64,000 nt of DNA from Bacteroidales bacterium (GTDB lineage: Bacteria > Bacteroidota > Bacteroidia > Bacteroidales > UBA10428), in contig JAFGPB010000073.1 in the NCBI GenBank assembly GCA_016926205.1, positions 17,272 through 81,271 on the forward strand. The letters are read 5' to 3'. The notes beneath the pieces are model-generated. The model was not told where the DNA came from. It saw nothing but the letters and a program-made list of their open reading frames with translations, and made no database searches. Below, in pieces: positions 50,310 to 60,481 of this stretch (position 1 is its first letter; every line of letters starts with the position of its first letter). A program made the translations under genes and the position numbers.

Positions 50310-50434
50310 CCGGTTTTAGCCCTCCCTGCGAAATCAGAACAGCACCGGTACATCAGGTTTTTAATTCAGCGAGGTGTTGCAGAATTCTATAAATAATTGT
50401 ATATTTATGAGACACAACTATTAAAATAAATCTC

Positions 50435-51331
50435 ATGAAGACACAAAATATCTTTTTTTTGCTTATGGTATTAGCCTGTGCAACAATAAGCGCCCAAAAA
50501 CCCATTGAGGTTTTCGAGGAAAACATTGTATTTACTAACAGTGAACATCCCGGCATATCTGTTATCATTCCTGAAGTAGGTTATGAAACTGTTGAGAAGA
50601 GCTGGATCAGGTCGATAGAATCGGGTACGAAGTCAAAAGCCGTCTATGAAAACGGTGAATGGTCCATCTTCGGTGCCAACATCAAAGACATCTCACCAAC
50701 ACCTGTAAACATTTACAGCAGGCTTGTCAGTCAGGATACCCTGGTCAGGCTTATGGTATCGATTGAATTGAAAAAGGACTTTTATGCTGAAAGGGGAACT
50801 GCAGAATCAGAATTCACGGGTGCAAAGAATTTTATCAGGCAATTTGCCAAGGATCAGTATATTGATCTTGCCAATGATCAGCTGGAAAAGGAAGAGGAAA
50901 AGCTCAGGGATATCGAAAATGAACTTAAAGGCTTTCAGAAACAGGAATCAAAACTTGAGAGAACAATCCGGAAAAGCGAAAGCACTATTAAGAACGAAAA
51001 CGACAACCTTGTTGTACTGAACAACGAGCTGTCAACCCTTACCGAAGAGATCATCAGCCAGAATGAACAGGTGGTTTTGCTCGAAGAAGGAGCTGCCAAG
51101 GAAGAAAGAATGAAGTATATCAGGGATCTTGAAAAACGTAAAAATAAGGTTACCAGGAATATCAACAAATCCAAAAGCAACATAAGCAAAGCTGAATCTG
51201 CAATAAAAGATGCCAATTCCCGAATACCCAAAGAGGAATCACTTCAGGATTCGGCAAAGGAAAGAATTAATGCTCAGGAAGCTGTTGTTTCTCAATTCAG
51301 GGAAAAGGTAAAAACGATTGAAGCCTACTGA
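50435..51331 (+). CDS. Secreted hypothetical protein with a long K/E-rich coiled-coil C-terminal half
   Basis: Signal peptide MKTQNIFFLLMVLACATISAQ. Heptad-like, charge-rich sequence from about residue 150. Confidence 0.6.
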   Translation: MKTQNIFFLLMVLACATISAQKPIEVFEENIVFTNSEHPGISVIIPEVGYETVEKSWIRSIESGTKSKAVYENGEWSIFGANIKDISPTPVNIYSRLVSQDTLVRLMVSIELKKDFYAERGTAESEFTGAKNFIRQFAKDQYIDLANDQLEKEEEKLRDIENELKGFQKQESKLERTIRKSESTIKNENDNLVVLNNELSTLTEEIISQNEQVVLLEEGAAKEERMKYIRDLEKRKNKVTRNINKSKSNISKAESAIKDANSRIPKEESLQDSAKERINAQEAVVSQFREKVKTIEAY

Positions 51332-51368
51332 TGCTGTCAGACGTTAAGCTTTGACAACTTAAAAACCT

Positions 51369-51821
51369 TTATCTTCCCAGCAATCCTTTCAACGAATTCA
51401 GGATTCCGCCGATCTGGGAACCTTTTCCGCTCATCAGGGAACCCAGAATGCCATCCAGGTTAAAGCTGTTGTCCTGAGGGTCGTTGGTTTTCTGGACCAG
51501 CCTGCTCATAACGATCGGAATCAGCATGGCTACAATTCCTGAAGCTGCGTTTTTATCAAGACGGAATTTCTTCATCAGGTCACCTGCAACAGAATTGGAA
51601 ACATTCTTCACAACAGGTGATGTTTCAACATTCTTCTGGTTTTGAAGCAGTTGTTTCAGCTGATCCAGATCACCGCTGCGTGCTTCCTGTCGCAGACCAT
51701 TAAAGATGGAAGCTGCAGCTGCTTTGATGACAGCATTGTTTTTCGAATTGGGCACAGACGGATTTTTAACAATAGCATCGTCTGCGTTTTCCTGGATGAG
51801 TTTCAAAAGATTTTCAAGCAT
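51369..51821 (-). CDS. DUF937-like small protein
   Basis: A Gly/Leu-rich tail (LGSLMSGKGSQIGGILNSLKGLLGR) and helical repeats resemble DUF937. The ATG at 51821 is preferred. Confidence 0.45.
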   Translation of the reverse strand: MLENLLKLIQENADDAIVKNPSVPNSKNNAVIKAAAASIFNGLRQEARSGDLDQLKQLLQNQKNVETSPVVKNVSNSVAGDLMKKFRLDKNAASGIVAMLIPIVMSRLVQKTNDPQDNSFNLDGILGSLMSGKGSQIGGILNSLKGLLGR

Positions 51822-51988
51822 AATGGATGTATTTATTAAAGTAATTTGAATTTTTTTCGGCTTCAACTGATAATTTACCCGATAACATGAAAAAATTGTC
51901 ATTTGAGCGAATTAAATATACGATAAAAATCAGATATAAAAAAGGACGTATCTTTTCCGGGATCATTTTCCAAACAAGAGATCCCTGT

Positions 51989-54900
51989 TTACCTGGATTG
52001 GCCGGAACTGAATTTCCTGAAGATCTCAATGGCCTCCTGCACAGAGCCAATGGCCTCACAGGTCAATATAAGTTTATTTTTATCTTCTTTCATCCTGAAT
52101 CTCTTTCCTTCCTGTTGCACAACGTACAGGATTTTGCTGAACTCTTCCGATCTGTAATAAGGTGAGTCCTGATCCGTGGGGAAGTATCCGGTCATTCTGC
52201 GGTTTTTCAGGATGATTTTCTCAAATCCCGCCTGAATTGCCAGCTGACGTAAAGAAACCACCTTCAACAATTCGCTTGCCTGTTCCGGTAAGGGGCCAAA
52301 ACGGTCGGCCAGCCGGAGCCTAAAATTTTTCAATTGCGCATCAGTTAATATCTGGTCCAGTTCACGGTAGAGGAACATCCGTTCTGATATGCTTGCAATA
52401 TAGTCATCCGGAAACAGCAATTCCAGGTCAGTGTCAATCTGACAGTCTTTGGCATAGCTTGAAGATTTCCGGGATTTTTCGGCCAGGTCAGTCTTCAGTT
52501 CCGGGAATTCATCTTCCCTCAACTCCTGTATGGCTTCACTGAGGATGCGGTTATAGGTCTCGAATCCAACATCAGCAATAAAACCACTTTGCTCAGCCCC
52601 GAGGAGATTCCCTGCACCACGGATATCCAGATCCTGCATGGCAATATTGAAACCGCTTCCAAGTTCGGAAAACTCCTCGATGGCTTTCAGTCTTTTGCGG
52701 GCTTCAGGTGTCAAAAGAGAGGATGACGGTGCGAGAAGGTAGCAGAAAGCTTTCCTGTTGGACCTTCCCACACGGCCCCTGAGCTGATGAAGGTCACTTA
52801 ATCCGAAATAGTGGGCATTGTTGACAAAAATTGTATTTGCATTGGGAATATCGAGACCTGACTCAATGATCGCGGTTGCAACCAGAACATCATAATCCCC
52901 CCTGATGAAACCGGTCATGTTGCTTTCCAGCTCCCTGCCGGACATTTGTCCGTGCGCGACACATATTGAAACGCGTGGGCACAGCTTATGAATGAGCTCG
53001 GAGACCTCATGAATATTTTGAATCCTGTTGTGAATAAAGAAAACCTGTCCTCCGCGGGATGTCTCGAATTCAATTCCTTCACGGATGATTTCTTCCTCAA
53101 ATGAGTGGAGTTCCGTGACGATCGGATGCCGGTTCGGTGGAGGTGTATTGATCACCGACAGATCCCTGACCCCCATGAGCGAGAACTGGAGGGTACGGGG
53201 AATCGGGGTGGCGGTAAGTGTCAGGGTGTCCACATTCGATCTGATTTTCCGCAGTTTTTCCTTTGCACTTACTCCAAACTTCTGTTCTTCATCGATAATG
53301 AGAAGGCCAAGATCTTTGAACTGAATATCATTGCTCAGGAGACGATGCGTACCGATAATGACATCGGTCCTGCCGCTTGTTAGTGAGCGTATGATCTCAG
53401 ACTGCTGCTTTCCCTTTTTAAACCGGTTGATATATTCCACATTACATGGGAAATCCTTCAATCTTTCACAGAATGTATTATAGTGCTGCAGGGCAAGGAT
53501 GGTTGTGGGCACAAGCAGGGCTACCTGTTTGCTGTCTGCAACAGCTTTAAATGCAGCTCTTATGGCGACTTCTGTCTTTCCAAATCCTACGTCCCCGCAA
53601 ACGAGCCTGTCCATTGGATTACGGGATTCCATATCTTCCTTAATGGCAACAGTAGTTTTTAATTGGTCGATTGTATCCTCATAAACAAAGGATGCTTCAA
53701 GTTCCGTCTGAAGGTAAGTATCAGCTGAAAAAGCAAAACCCTCATTCAACTTTCGCGTTGCATAAAGTGTAATCAGTCCCCTGGCAATATCCTTAATCCT
53801 GCTTTTGGTGTTTTGTTTTAGCCTATTCCAGGCATTGCTGCCAAGTTTATGCAGTTTCGGAACTTCATTCTCCCTTCCTTTATATTTTGAAATGCGATGA
53901 AGAGAATGAATGCTCACATACAGAACATCCTGATCCCTGTAAACAAGCCTGACGGATTCCTGTATTTTTCCATTGTTCACGATTTTTTCAAGTCCGCCGA
54001 ATATGCCTATTCCATGATCAATATGAACTACATAATCACCTGGCTTCAGTCCGGTCAATTCTTTAAGGGTAAGCGCAGCTTTGGTACTGAAATAATTGTG
54101 AATGGAATACCTGTGATATCTTTCAAATATCTGATGATCTGTATAACAGCAAATCAGTATATCACGGTCGATAAAACCTTCATGCAAAGATTTCAGCAAG
54201 GGAGTAAAACTGATTTTGTTGTTAAGGTCATAAAAAATCGAAACCAGCCTTTCAAATTGCTTTTCACTGTTGCTCAGGATAAACAGTTTATAACCCTGGT
54301 TGAGCTGTTCTGCAAGATTTTCTGCCAGCAGATTAAAATTCTTGTTAAAGGACGGTTGAGGCAGAATTCTATAGTCCATCTGCAAAGCATCCGGGTAGTA
54401 GCATTGTGAACTGAGTTCAACCGATTGGAAACTGGCAATCCGTTGCAGAAAAGAGTCTCCTGTAAAGAGTTGCCATTTTTCTATTTGAACTACATCCTCC
54501 TGAATTGTTTTCGGGGCACAAACCTGTTCGAAGATTTTATCCAACAGGCCGGCAACAAAGCTGATGTTGTTAATCCACAGTGTGGCAGAAGGATCAATAT
54601 GTTCAAACAGGTTTACGCTGGAATATTCCGAAGCCAGACCCCGGATGTCCGGTACGATGCTGATTTGTTCCAGAAGCCGGCCGGAAAGCTGTGTTTCCAC
54701 ATCAAAGGAACGAATGGTCTCCACAACATCACCGGAAAAATCAATACGGTAAGGACTGGACTCTGAATATGAAAACACATCCGTGATGCTTCCGCGCATG
54801 GAATACTGTCCTGGTTCAGTTACAAAATCCACCGGATGAAACCGGCATCGTTCAAGAACCTCATGGAGGAAAGCCGGAGTTATTCTTTCTCCGGCAGACA

Positions 54901-55354
54901 GGTGAAATGTATTTGAATGATGTTTGCTTTTTGAAACCACCATTTCTGCAATACTTTCAGCATAACAGACAATGACCCTGAACGGATCCGGCGGCTCTTT
55001 TTCGGGGTTTGAGTAAAGACTGGTAAGGAGGTTTGCACGGAGGACCGCATTTCCCTGATCCAGCTTGTTGTATTGAATGGATCTTTTGTATGACGACGGG
55101 AAGAAATGCATGTGTTCGGGACCAAGAAGATTTACCAGATCATTGTACAGGTATGCCGCGTCTTCCCGCTCCGGCTCGATCATGAGGTGAAGTCCCCCGA
55201 CAGATGAAATCACTGATGCGGCAACCAGACTTCTGGATGAGCCATGCAGTCCCTTCAGGCAAATTCGTGCAGCTGCATTATCCTGCAACCTGAAGATTAA
55301 TTTCCTGGTGCAAGGATGATTTTTATAAAGCCCGACAAGTTCGTTGATTTCCAC
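51989..55354 (-). CDS. mfd: Transcription-repair coupling factor
   Basis: CarD-like domain, helicase motifs GDVGFGKTEVA and DEEQKFG, and a TRCF C-terminal domain. GTG start. Confidence 0.96.
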   Translation of the reverse strand: MEINELVGLYKNHPCTRKLIFRLQDNAAARICLKGLHGSSRSLVAASVISSVGGLHLMIEPEREDAAYLYNDLVNLLGPEHMHFFPSSYKRSIQYNKLDQGNAVLRANLLTSLYSNPEKEPPDPFRVIVCYAESIAEMVVSKSKHHSNTFHLSAGERITPAFLHEVLERCRFHPVDFVTEPGQYSMRGSITDVFSYSESSPYRIDFSGDVVETIRSFDVETQLSGRLLEQISIVPDIRGLASEYSSVNLFEHIDPSATLWINNISFVAGLLDKIFEQVCAPKTIQEDVVQIEKWQLFTGDSFLQRIASFQSVELSSQCYYPDALQMDYRILPQPSFNKNFNLLAENLAEQLNQGYKLFILSNSEKQFERLVSIFYDLNNKISFTPLLKSLHEGFIDRDILICCYTDHQIFERYHRYSIHNYFSTKAALTLKELTGLKPGDYVVHIDHGIGIFGGLEKIVNNGKIQESVRLVYRDQDVLYVSIHSLHRISKYKGRENEVPKLHKLGSNAWNRLKQNTKSRIKDIARGLITLYATRKLNEGFAFSADTYLQTELEASFVYEDTIDQLKTTVAIKEDMESRNPMDRLVCGDVGFGKTEVAIRAAFKAVADSKQVALLVPTTILALQHYNTFCERLKDFPCNVEYINRFKKGKQQSEIIRSLTSGRTDVIIGTHRLLSNDIQFKDLGLLIIDEEQKFGVSAKEKLRKIRSNVDTLTLTATPIPRTLQFSLMGVRDLSVINTPPPNRHPIVTELHSFEEEIIREGIEFETSRGGQVFFIHNRIQNIHEVSELIHKLCPRVSICVAHGQMSGRELESNMTGFIRGDYDVLVATAIIESGLDIPNANTIFVNNAHYFGLSDLHQLRGRVGRSNRKAFCYLLAPSSSLLTPEARKRLKAIEEFSELGSGFNIAMQDLDIRGAGNLLGAEQSGFIADVGFETYNRILSEAIQELREDEFPELKTDLAEKSRKSSSYAKDCQIDTDLELLFPDDYIASISERMFLYRELDQILTDAQLKNFRLRLADRFGPLPEQASELLKVVSLRQLAIQAGFEKIILKNRRMTGYFPTDQDSPYYRSEEFSKILYVVQQEGKRFRMKEDKNKLILTCEAIGSVQEAIEIFRKFSSGQSR

Positions 55355-55458
55355 ACCCGGTTATAATATAAAATGGCAAAATTGCGAACAGGGTCTGTTC
55401 CCTTACCCGTCAGACAGATTTCCATACGGTTCAGCCCGGTTCACAGGAATATGACAAT

Positions 55459-55472
55459 CCTGCATATGCAGG
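55459..55472. promoter_or_regulatory. Perfect 14-bp palindrome in the mfd/lysC divergent region
   Basis: CCTGCATATGCAGG. It is flanked by the inverted heptamers ACAGGAA (55443-55449) and TTCCTGT (55473-55479). Confidence 0.4.
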
Positions 55473-55549
55473 TTCCTGTCCATGAAAACGGCTGCCGTAA
55501 AAATAGGGTATTCATGATAAATTCCATAGCTGTTGAATGTTGAAAATAT

Positions 55550-55557
55550 TATTTTTG
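55550..55557 (+). promoter_or_regulatory. Bacteroidota -7 box for lysC
   Basis: TATTTTTG lies 18 nt upstream of the lysC ATG. Confidence 0.35.
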
Positions 55558-55574
55558 ACATAAAGATATGATCC

Positions 55575-56837
55575 ATGCAGGTATTTAAGTTTGGCGGCGC
55601 GACCATTAAGGATGCACAGGCAGTTGAGCGTATGGGAATGATCCTGGAACGTTGTCATGATCCGCTTGTCATCGTTATATCTGCCATGGGCAAAACGACA
55701 AATGCCCTGGAAAAGGTAGTTGCCAGCTATATGTCGGGCAAAATTCCCGAATCTTTGGATACATTGAAATCAATACAGGAATATCATACGGAAATTGCTT
55801 CGGAGTTGACAGCTGACAAGAATGACGTGCTTTTCGGAGAAATAGACAATATTTTTGCAGGACTGCAGAACAGGTTGCATACTTTACCCCCTGCGTCATA
55901 CAATGAGGAATACGATCAGATTGTCAGTTGGGGTGAGATATTATCCACCCTGATCGTCAGTCATTACCTGAATCACAGGGGCATCATCAACCAATGGATT
56001 GATGCAAGGCAAATACTGAAGACTGACAGCAATTTTCGTGAAGGAAGAATTGACTGGGACATATCCTCCCGGCTGGTCATAGGTAAGATTGATTTCACAA
56101 GATCAAGTTTGTTCATTACACAGGGTTTTATCGGATCCACTGTAAACAATCTCTCAACCACCCTTGGCAGGGAAGGATCCGATTACACGGCTGCGGTTCT
56201 TGCATACATCCTGAATGCTGATTCCGTAACGGTATGGAAGGATGTACCGGGAGTATTGAATGCCGATCCCAAATGGTTTGACAGCACAGTCAGACTTGAG
56301 AAAATATCGTATCTTGATGCAATAGAGCTGACTTATTACGGGACCAGCGTCATTCATCCCAAAACCATTCAACCCTTGAAAAACAAGAACATTCCCCTGT
56401 ATGTAAAGTCTTTCCTGAACCCTGACGAACCCGGAACGGTCATAGGCAGGGATGATTATGAAAGACTTATCCCGTCATTTATATTCAAAATGGATCAGGT
56501 GCTGATCCATATCCATCCTCCGGATTATTCGTTCATTGCAGAGGAAAATCTTGAAATTATTTTTAATTGTTTTGCCGGATATGGTTTGAAAATTAATCTG
56601 ATGCAAAATTCTGCGGTGAGTTTTGATGTCTGCGTGAACAATGATCAGAGTCGCATACCGTCAGTCATCAAAGAGCTTGAAAAACATTTCAGGGTGCGAT
56701 TCACAAACGGACTGGAACTGATCACCATCCGGTACTATGATCATGAAACTATAGACCGGGTTCTTGTGAATAAGGACCTGCTTCTGACACAACGCACCAA
56801 AACCACTATTCAGATGGTAGTGAAGGATCTGGGATAA
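55575..56837 (+). CDS. lysC: Aspartate kinase (monofunctional, Bacteroidota lysC type)
   Basis: Amino-acid-kinase N-terminus VFKFGGATI, with LGREGSDYTAA and two C-terminal ACT-like regions. 420 aa. Confidence 0.88.
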   Translation: MQVFKFGGATIKDAQAVERMGMILERCHDPLVIVISAMGKTTNALEKVVASYMSGKIPESLDTLKSIQEYHTEIASELTADKNDVLFGEIDNIFAGLQNRLHTLPPASYNEEYDQIVSWGEILSTLIVSHYLNHRGIINQWIDARQILKTDSNFREGRIDWDISSRLVIGKIDFTRSSLFITQGFIGSTVNNLSTTLGREGSDYTAAVLAYILNADSVTVWKDVPGVLNADPKWFDSTVRLEKISYLDAIELTYYGTSVIHPKTIQPLKNKNIPLYVKSFLNPDEPGTVIGRDDYERLIPSFIFKMDQVLIHIHPPDYSFIAEENLEIIFNCFAGYGLKINLMQNSAVSFDVCVNNDQSRIPSVIKELEKHFRVRFTNGLELITIRYYDHETIDRVLVNKDLLLTQRTKTTIQMVVKDLG

Positions 56838-56875
56838 AATTGTCCGGTCAATCGCAACCACGTCCTTTTGATTTT

Positions 56876-56959
56876 CGACCGTGCTCTTCTGGTCTGCGAC
56901 CGTGCTCTTCTGGTCTGCGACCGTGCTCTTCTGGTCTGCGACCGTGCTCTTCTGGTCTG
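56876..56959. repeat. Perfect tandem repeat, 4 x 21 bp
   Basis: The unit cgaccgtgctcttctggtctg repeats head-to-tail four times without a mismatch. It lies between the convergent 3' ends of lysC and the OMP gene. Confidence 0.95.
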
Positions 56960-56981
56960 ATTCGTAAAAACTGCGTCCCTC

Positions 56982-57641
56982 TCAGAGATGGAACAAATAG
57001 ACCGCGCTTACGTTTACAACCTGCATGCTGGAATCATTGTAATAAAACTCGGGGACATTCAGGGGGAACAATCTTGTGAGACTGTGGCTGAATGATCCTC
57101 TCAGCAGGAAGATGCCGAAACGGTGATGCCACTCGATCCCGAGACCGGCAACAAGACCGAATTCAGACTTATGTTCCAGAGGTTTAAGATAATAATCACG
57201 GAAATACAACGTATCGGAAAGATTCATTACCTCGTTTTCTTTTCTCCGGTAGCTCAGGTAGGGACCTATTGCAAAAGAAAGTTTCAGTCTTTTTTTGCCA
57301 AACAAAAAGATGGCCGTTGCAGGGACTTCAAATACATGCAGGACCCTTTTGTATTCGCCAATTGTGTCCCGGTTTTCAATCCAGCCTTTCTGACCCAAAT
57401 TCAGTTCGACCTGCAGTCCGATTTGAGGTTCAGTTATATGCCTGAATACCAGACCTGTATAACCAGACTGAAAAATATGTTGTTTGATCGAAGGACTGAA
57501 ACGGGTTCTGCACAGATTCACACCCGCATGAAATCCGAGATGTGTGGTAGGATTGAATTCATTTTGGGCAATCACTTGCAATGACAGGAATAGCAAAATT
57601 GGAAAGACAGCCCGGAATTTTTTCACAGGATGATAAAACAT
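56982..57641 (-). CDS. Outer-membrane beta-barrel protein (PorT/OMP_b-brl_2-like)
   Basis: Signal peptide ending VIAQ, alternating hydrophobic beta-strand pattern, and a C-terminal aromatic-rich strand (AVYLFHL). Confidence 0.65.
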   Translation of the reverse strand: MFYHPVKKFRAVFPILLFLSLQVIAQNEFNPTTHLGFHAGVNLCRTRFSPSIKQHIFQSGYTGLVFRHITEPQIGLQVELNLGQKGWIENRDTIGEYKRVLHVFEVPATAIFLFGKKRLKLSFAIGPYLSYRRKENEVMNLSDTLYFRDYYLKPLEHKSEFGLVAGLGIEWHHRFGIFLLRGSFSHSLTRLFPLNVPEFYYNDSSMQVVNVSAVYLFHL

Positions 57642-57663
57642 AATCAGCGATCACTTCTTCCTG

Positions 57664-57921
57664 TCAGAAGAGGCTGTCTTCAAGATTCTTGATCAATTCC
57701 TTGGATATCTTGCGGGGATGGTTCTTTTTAACCTCTTTCAGCATTTCAAGGGCAATATGACCATATTCAATAAGTCCCACAGGGTTTTTATCGAAATTAT
57801 AACTGCCGATACAAAACTCAAGTTTTGAAATGATATCACTGAATTCTGGCTGTTTTAATTTTTTGAATGCCTGGATTGTTTTTTGACAGGCATCTCTAAG
57901 TCTTGCACTTTTGGTTTCCAT
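57664..57921 (-). CDS. Small helical hypothetical protein (85 aa; up to 126 aa if the TTG at 58044 is used)
   Basis: ORF with an ATG at 57921. The longer version would overlap the upstream gene by 23 nt. I recognise no motif. Confidence 0.5.
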   Translation of the reverse strand: METKSARLRDACQKTIQAFKKLKQPEFSDIISKLEFCIGSYNFDKNPVGLIEYGHIALEMLKEVKKNHPRKISKELIKNLEDSLF

Positions 57922-58021
57922 TAGTAAGAATTTTAGATATGAATTCTGTTCTAAAAATACTTCAATTTTTTTGGGTAACAATGATTGTTGTGAAGATTTA
58001 GCCGAAAGTTCTGTGGTAAGA

Positions 58022-60481
58022 TTATTCTTCAAGGAATTTCGCAAGTATATTGTATACCAGTTGTTTCAACGAATCATATGTATGATTTTCAGGATGTACG
58101 GGCTGAAGAAAATCTACGGTAACCGTTCTGAATAAACGCGGGATCCTGGATCCGGCAGGCAGCACATTATACGAGCCTCTGATGGCCACGGGTACAACAG
58201 GTATGTTAAGTTCCTGGCTCAGAATCGCGAATGTCTGTTTGAAATCACCCAGTTTTCCGGTCAGGGTACGGGTACCTTCCGGAAAAATTACAAGATTCTT
58301 ACCTTTTTTCAGTACTTCAGCCAGTTTCTGGATGGACCTTTTAAGATCTTTATTGACATCCACAAGTATGACGTTATTTTTGCCGGCCAGGTATTTCAGT
58401 ACAGGATTGCGAAAGTGTTTCTCTTTGGCATAGACATATGTCCTGTATTTGAATTTCTTATTAAAGAGTGATACAACCAGGAAACCATCAAGAATGCTTT
58501 GATGGTTGGGGGTTATGATGCACGGGTAATCCGGAAGGTTTTCAAGCCCCCTGGCTTTAACTCTCATAAAACTCCTGATAATTAGTTTAATAAGAGTATT
58601 TAACAGGGTATGGGGAAAAACCGGTTTCTGCAGGCTCATTTGGACCTTCTCCTTCAGAATCTGGGACCAGCTGATTCCTTCATGACCTGATTTTGTCTTC
58701 TTCTCCTGCAAATGTTCTGCAAGTTTCAGCACAGATTGAAATTCAGACAGTGTGTTTTCCGGCATTTCAATTCCGAAAGCGGTTTCGATAAAGGCTGAAA
58801 GGCTTACCTTACCGAGGGAATCAATGGAAAGATCAAGTTCAAGATGATCCCCGGGATGGACTGAGTTCTGTGTTTCCTCTTCAAGGAACTTTTTCAGAAC
58901 CTGGTATTCCCATAGGTTGGGTTCATTTTCAACGGTTTTTTTCCGTTCCCTCACCAACCCGGGAAGCAGGTAACGCTTTATTTTACCCAGCCGTGTTTTG
59001 GGAAGTTCTTCAGCGGCTATGTGGAAACGCAGGATCTTTTTGTATGAGGACAATGATTGGTTCGCCTGATCAATGATGTTCCATCTCACAAAATTTTGCA
59101 GGTCCTTGATTCCTGCTTCATTTAGCTTTCTGAAATCAGGAACAATGATACTCTGAAGAACACCGTCTTTCAGAAAGATCCCCACCTCTTTGATCAAAGC
59201 AGACTGTCTCAGAACAGCTCTTTCGACTTCTTCCGGATTGATGTTTTTACCACTGGGAAGCACAATGATTTCTTTTTTCCGGCCGGTGATATGGATGTAA
59301 CCCTGCGGATCCATAAATCCGAGATCTCCGGTATGAAGCCAACCGTCTTTCAGGATTTGTGCAGTTTCTTCAGGTTTATTGTAATATCCTTGCATCACAT
59401 TGCTTCCTGATACCAGGATTTCGTTATCAGAAAACCTGATCCTGATTCCCGGAAGAGGCTGACCCGGCACGCCTGGTTTTATCATGCCGGGACGGGTAAA
59501 TGTAATCATAGGAGCAGTTTCTGTCATTCCATAACCTTCAAGTACTTCAAATCCCAGGTCAATGAAGAATTTTACAATTTCAGGATCGATAGGGGCTCCG
59601 CCACTTACAAGGTATTTAATGGCACCTCCGAATTTTTTATGAACCGTAAGAAACAATCTGCGTGAAAATGAAATTGAATGTACCCTGCGTGAAAGCCATA
59701 GCAGCATCCTGGCTGCTGCATTTTGTCTGATTTTTTCCCTGAGGCCTTTGTAAATCACCTGGTAAAGCCGGGGTACTCCGATCATTATGGTGACTTTGAA
59801 CTTCTGCAGGATCCCAATCAGATTCTCGGCCGAAAGAGATGTGTTCATAACAATTGTACCTTTTGCGAAAAAAGGTGCTATAATGGTGCCAACAAGCGGC
59901 AAAATATGGTGTAAAGGCAGCAGGATCATCACCCGGTCGTCCGGTGTATATATGGGTACATCCTTACATACGGCAGTCAGGTTGGTCAACAGATTCCGGT
60001 ATGAAAGCATGACGCCTTTTGGATCTCCCGTTGTACCGGACGTATAAAGGATCAACACGGTTTTATCCTGGTCGGTTACAATAAAATCTTCAGGATCAGT
60101 CTGTTCAGAATGCACCTTGAGATCCTCGAAAATCAAGATGTCCGCATTCTGCCCGGTATTTTTCACTGCATTTTGAACAACCCCTGATTTGTCGCGGGAA
60201 CAGAATACAACAGAGGGCCTGCAATCGCTGATGATGTAATCGACCTCTTCCTGGGTTGATTGTATATCTATGGGAACGACCGATGCATCGTTCCGCCATG
60301 AGGCATAGAGGGCAAAAATCCATTCCGGTCTGTTTTCAGAGAATATTGCCACGTGATGTTCACGGGCTTTATCCAGCAGCGCTGAATAAGCACCGATGTT
60401 TTTCAGGACCGAATTGTAAGTATATCTGATGTTTTCACCAACAATGGCTTCCTTGTCGGATCGTTCAATTAATTTCGTCAT
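58022..60481 (-). CDS. Tri-domain acyl-AMP ligase / carrier domain / PlsC acyltransferase (Aas-like, reversed order)
   Basis: Adenylation motifs YTSGTTGDPKG, GYGMTE, HTGD, GRKKEII and LPKTRLGKIKR. Carrier motif LSIDSLGKV. Acyltransferase blocks NHQSILD and FPEGTRT. Confidence 0.85.
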   Translation of the reverse strand: MTKLIERSDKEAIVGENIRYTYNSVLKNIGAYSALLDKAREHHVAIFSENRPEWIFALYASWRNDASVVPIDIQSTQEEVDYIISDCRPSVVFCSRDKSGVVQNAVKNTGQNADILIFEDLKVHSEQTDPEDFIVTDQDKTVLILYTSGTTGDPKGVMLSYRNLLTNLTAVCKDVPIYTPDDRVMILLPLHHILPLVGTIIAPFFAKGTIVMNTSLSAENLIGILQKFKVTIMIGVPRLYQVIYKGLREKIRQNAAARMLLWLSRRVHSISFSRRLFLTVHKKFGGAIKYLVSGGAPIDPEIVKFFIDLGFEVLEGYGMTETAPMITFTRPGMIKPGVPGQPLPGIRIRFSDNEILVSGSNVMQGYYNKPEETAQILKDGWLHTGDLGFMDPQGYIHITGRKKEIIVLPSGKNINPEEVERAVLRQSALIKEVGIFLKDGVLQSIIVPDFRKLNEAGIKDLQNFVRWNIIDQANQSLSSYKKILRFHIAAEELPKTRLGKIKRYLLPGLVRERKKTVENEPNLWEYQVLKKFLEEETQNSVHPGDHLELDLSIDSLGKVSLSAFIETAFGIEMPENTLSEFQSVLKLAEHLQEKKTKSGHEGISWSQILKEKVQMSLQKPVFPHTLLNTLIKLIIRSFMRVKARGLENLPDYPCIITPNHQSILDGFLVVSLFNKKFKYRTYVYAKEKHFRNPVLKYLAGKNNVILVDVNKDLKRSIQKLAEVLKKGKNLVIFPEGTRTLTGKLGDFKQTFAILSQELNIPVVPVAIRGSYNVLPAGSRIPRLFRTVTVDFLQPVHPENHTYDSLKQLVYNILAKFLEE

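Noticed and set aside
56876-56959. Possible CRISPR array.
   Set aside because: The repeats are directly adjacent with no spacers, the unit is only 21 bp, and there are no cas genes in the window.
56840-57079. A 79-aa ORF reading through the 21-bp tandem repeat, which gives RPCSSGL four times.
   Set aside because: The frame stays open only because the unit length is a multiple of three. The ORF overlaps the 3' end of the well-supported OMP gene, has no ATG start, and has an implausible composition.
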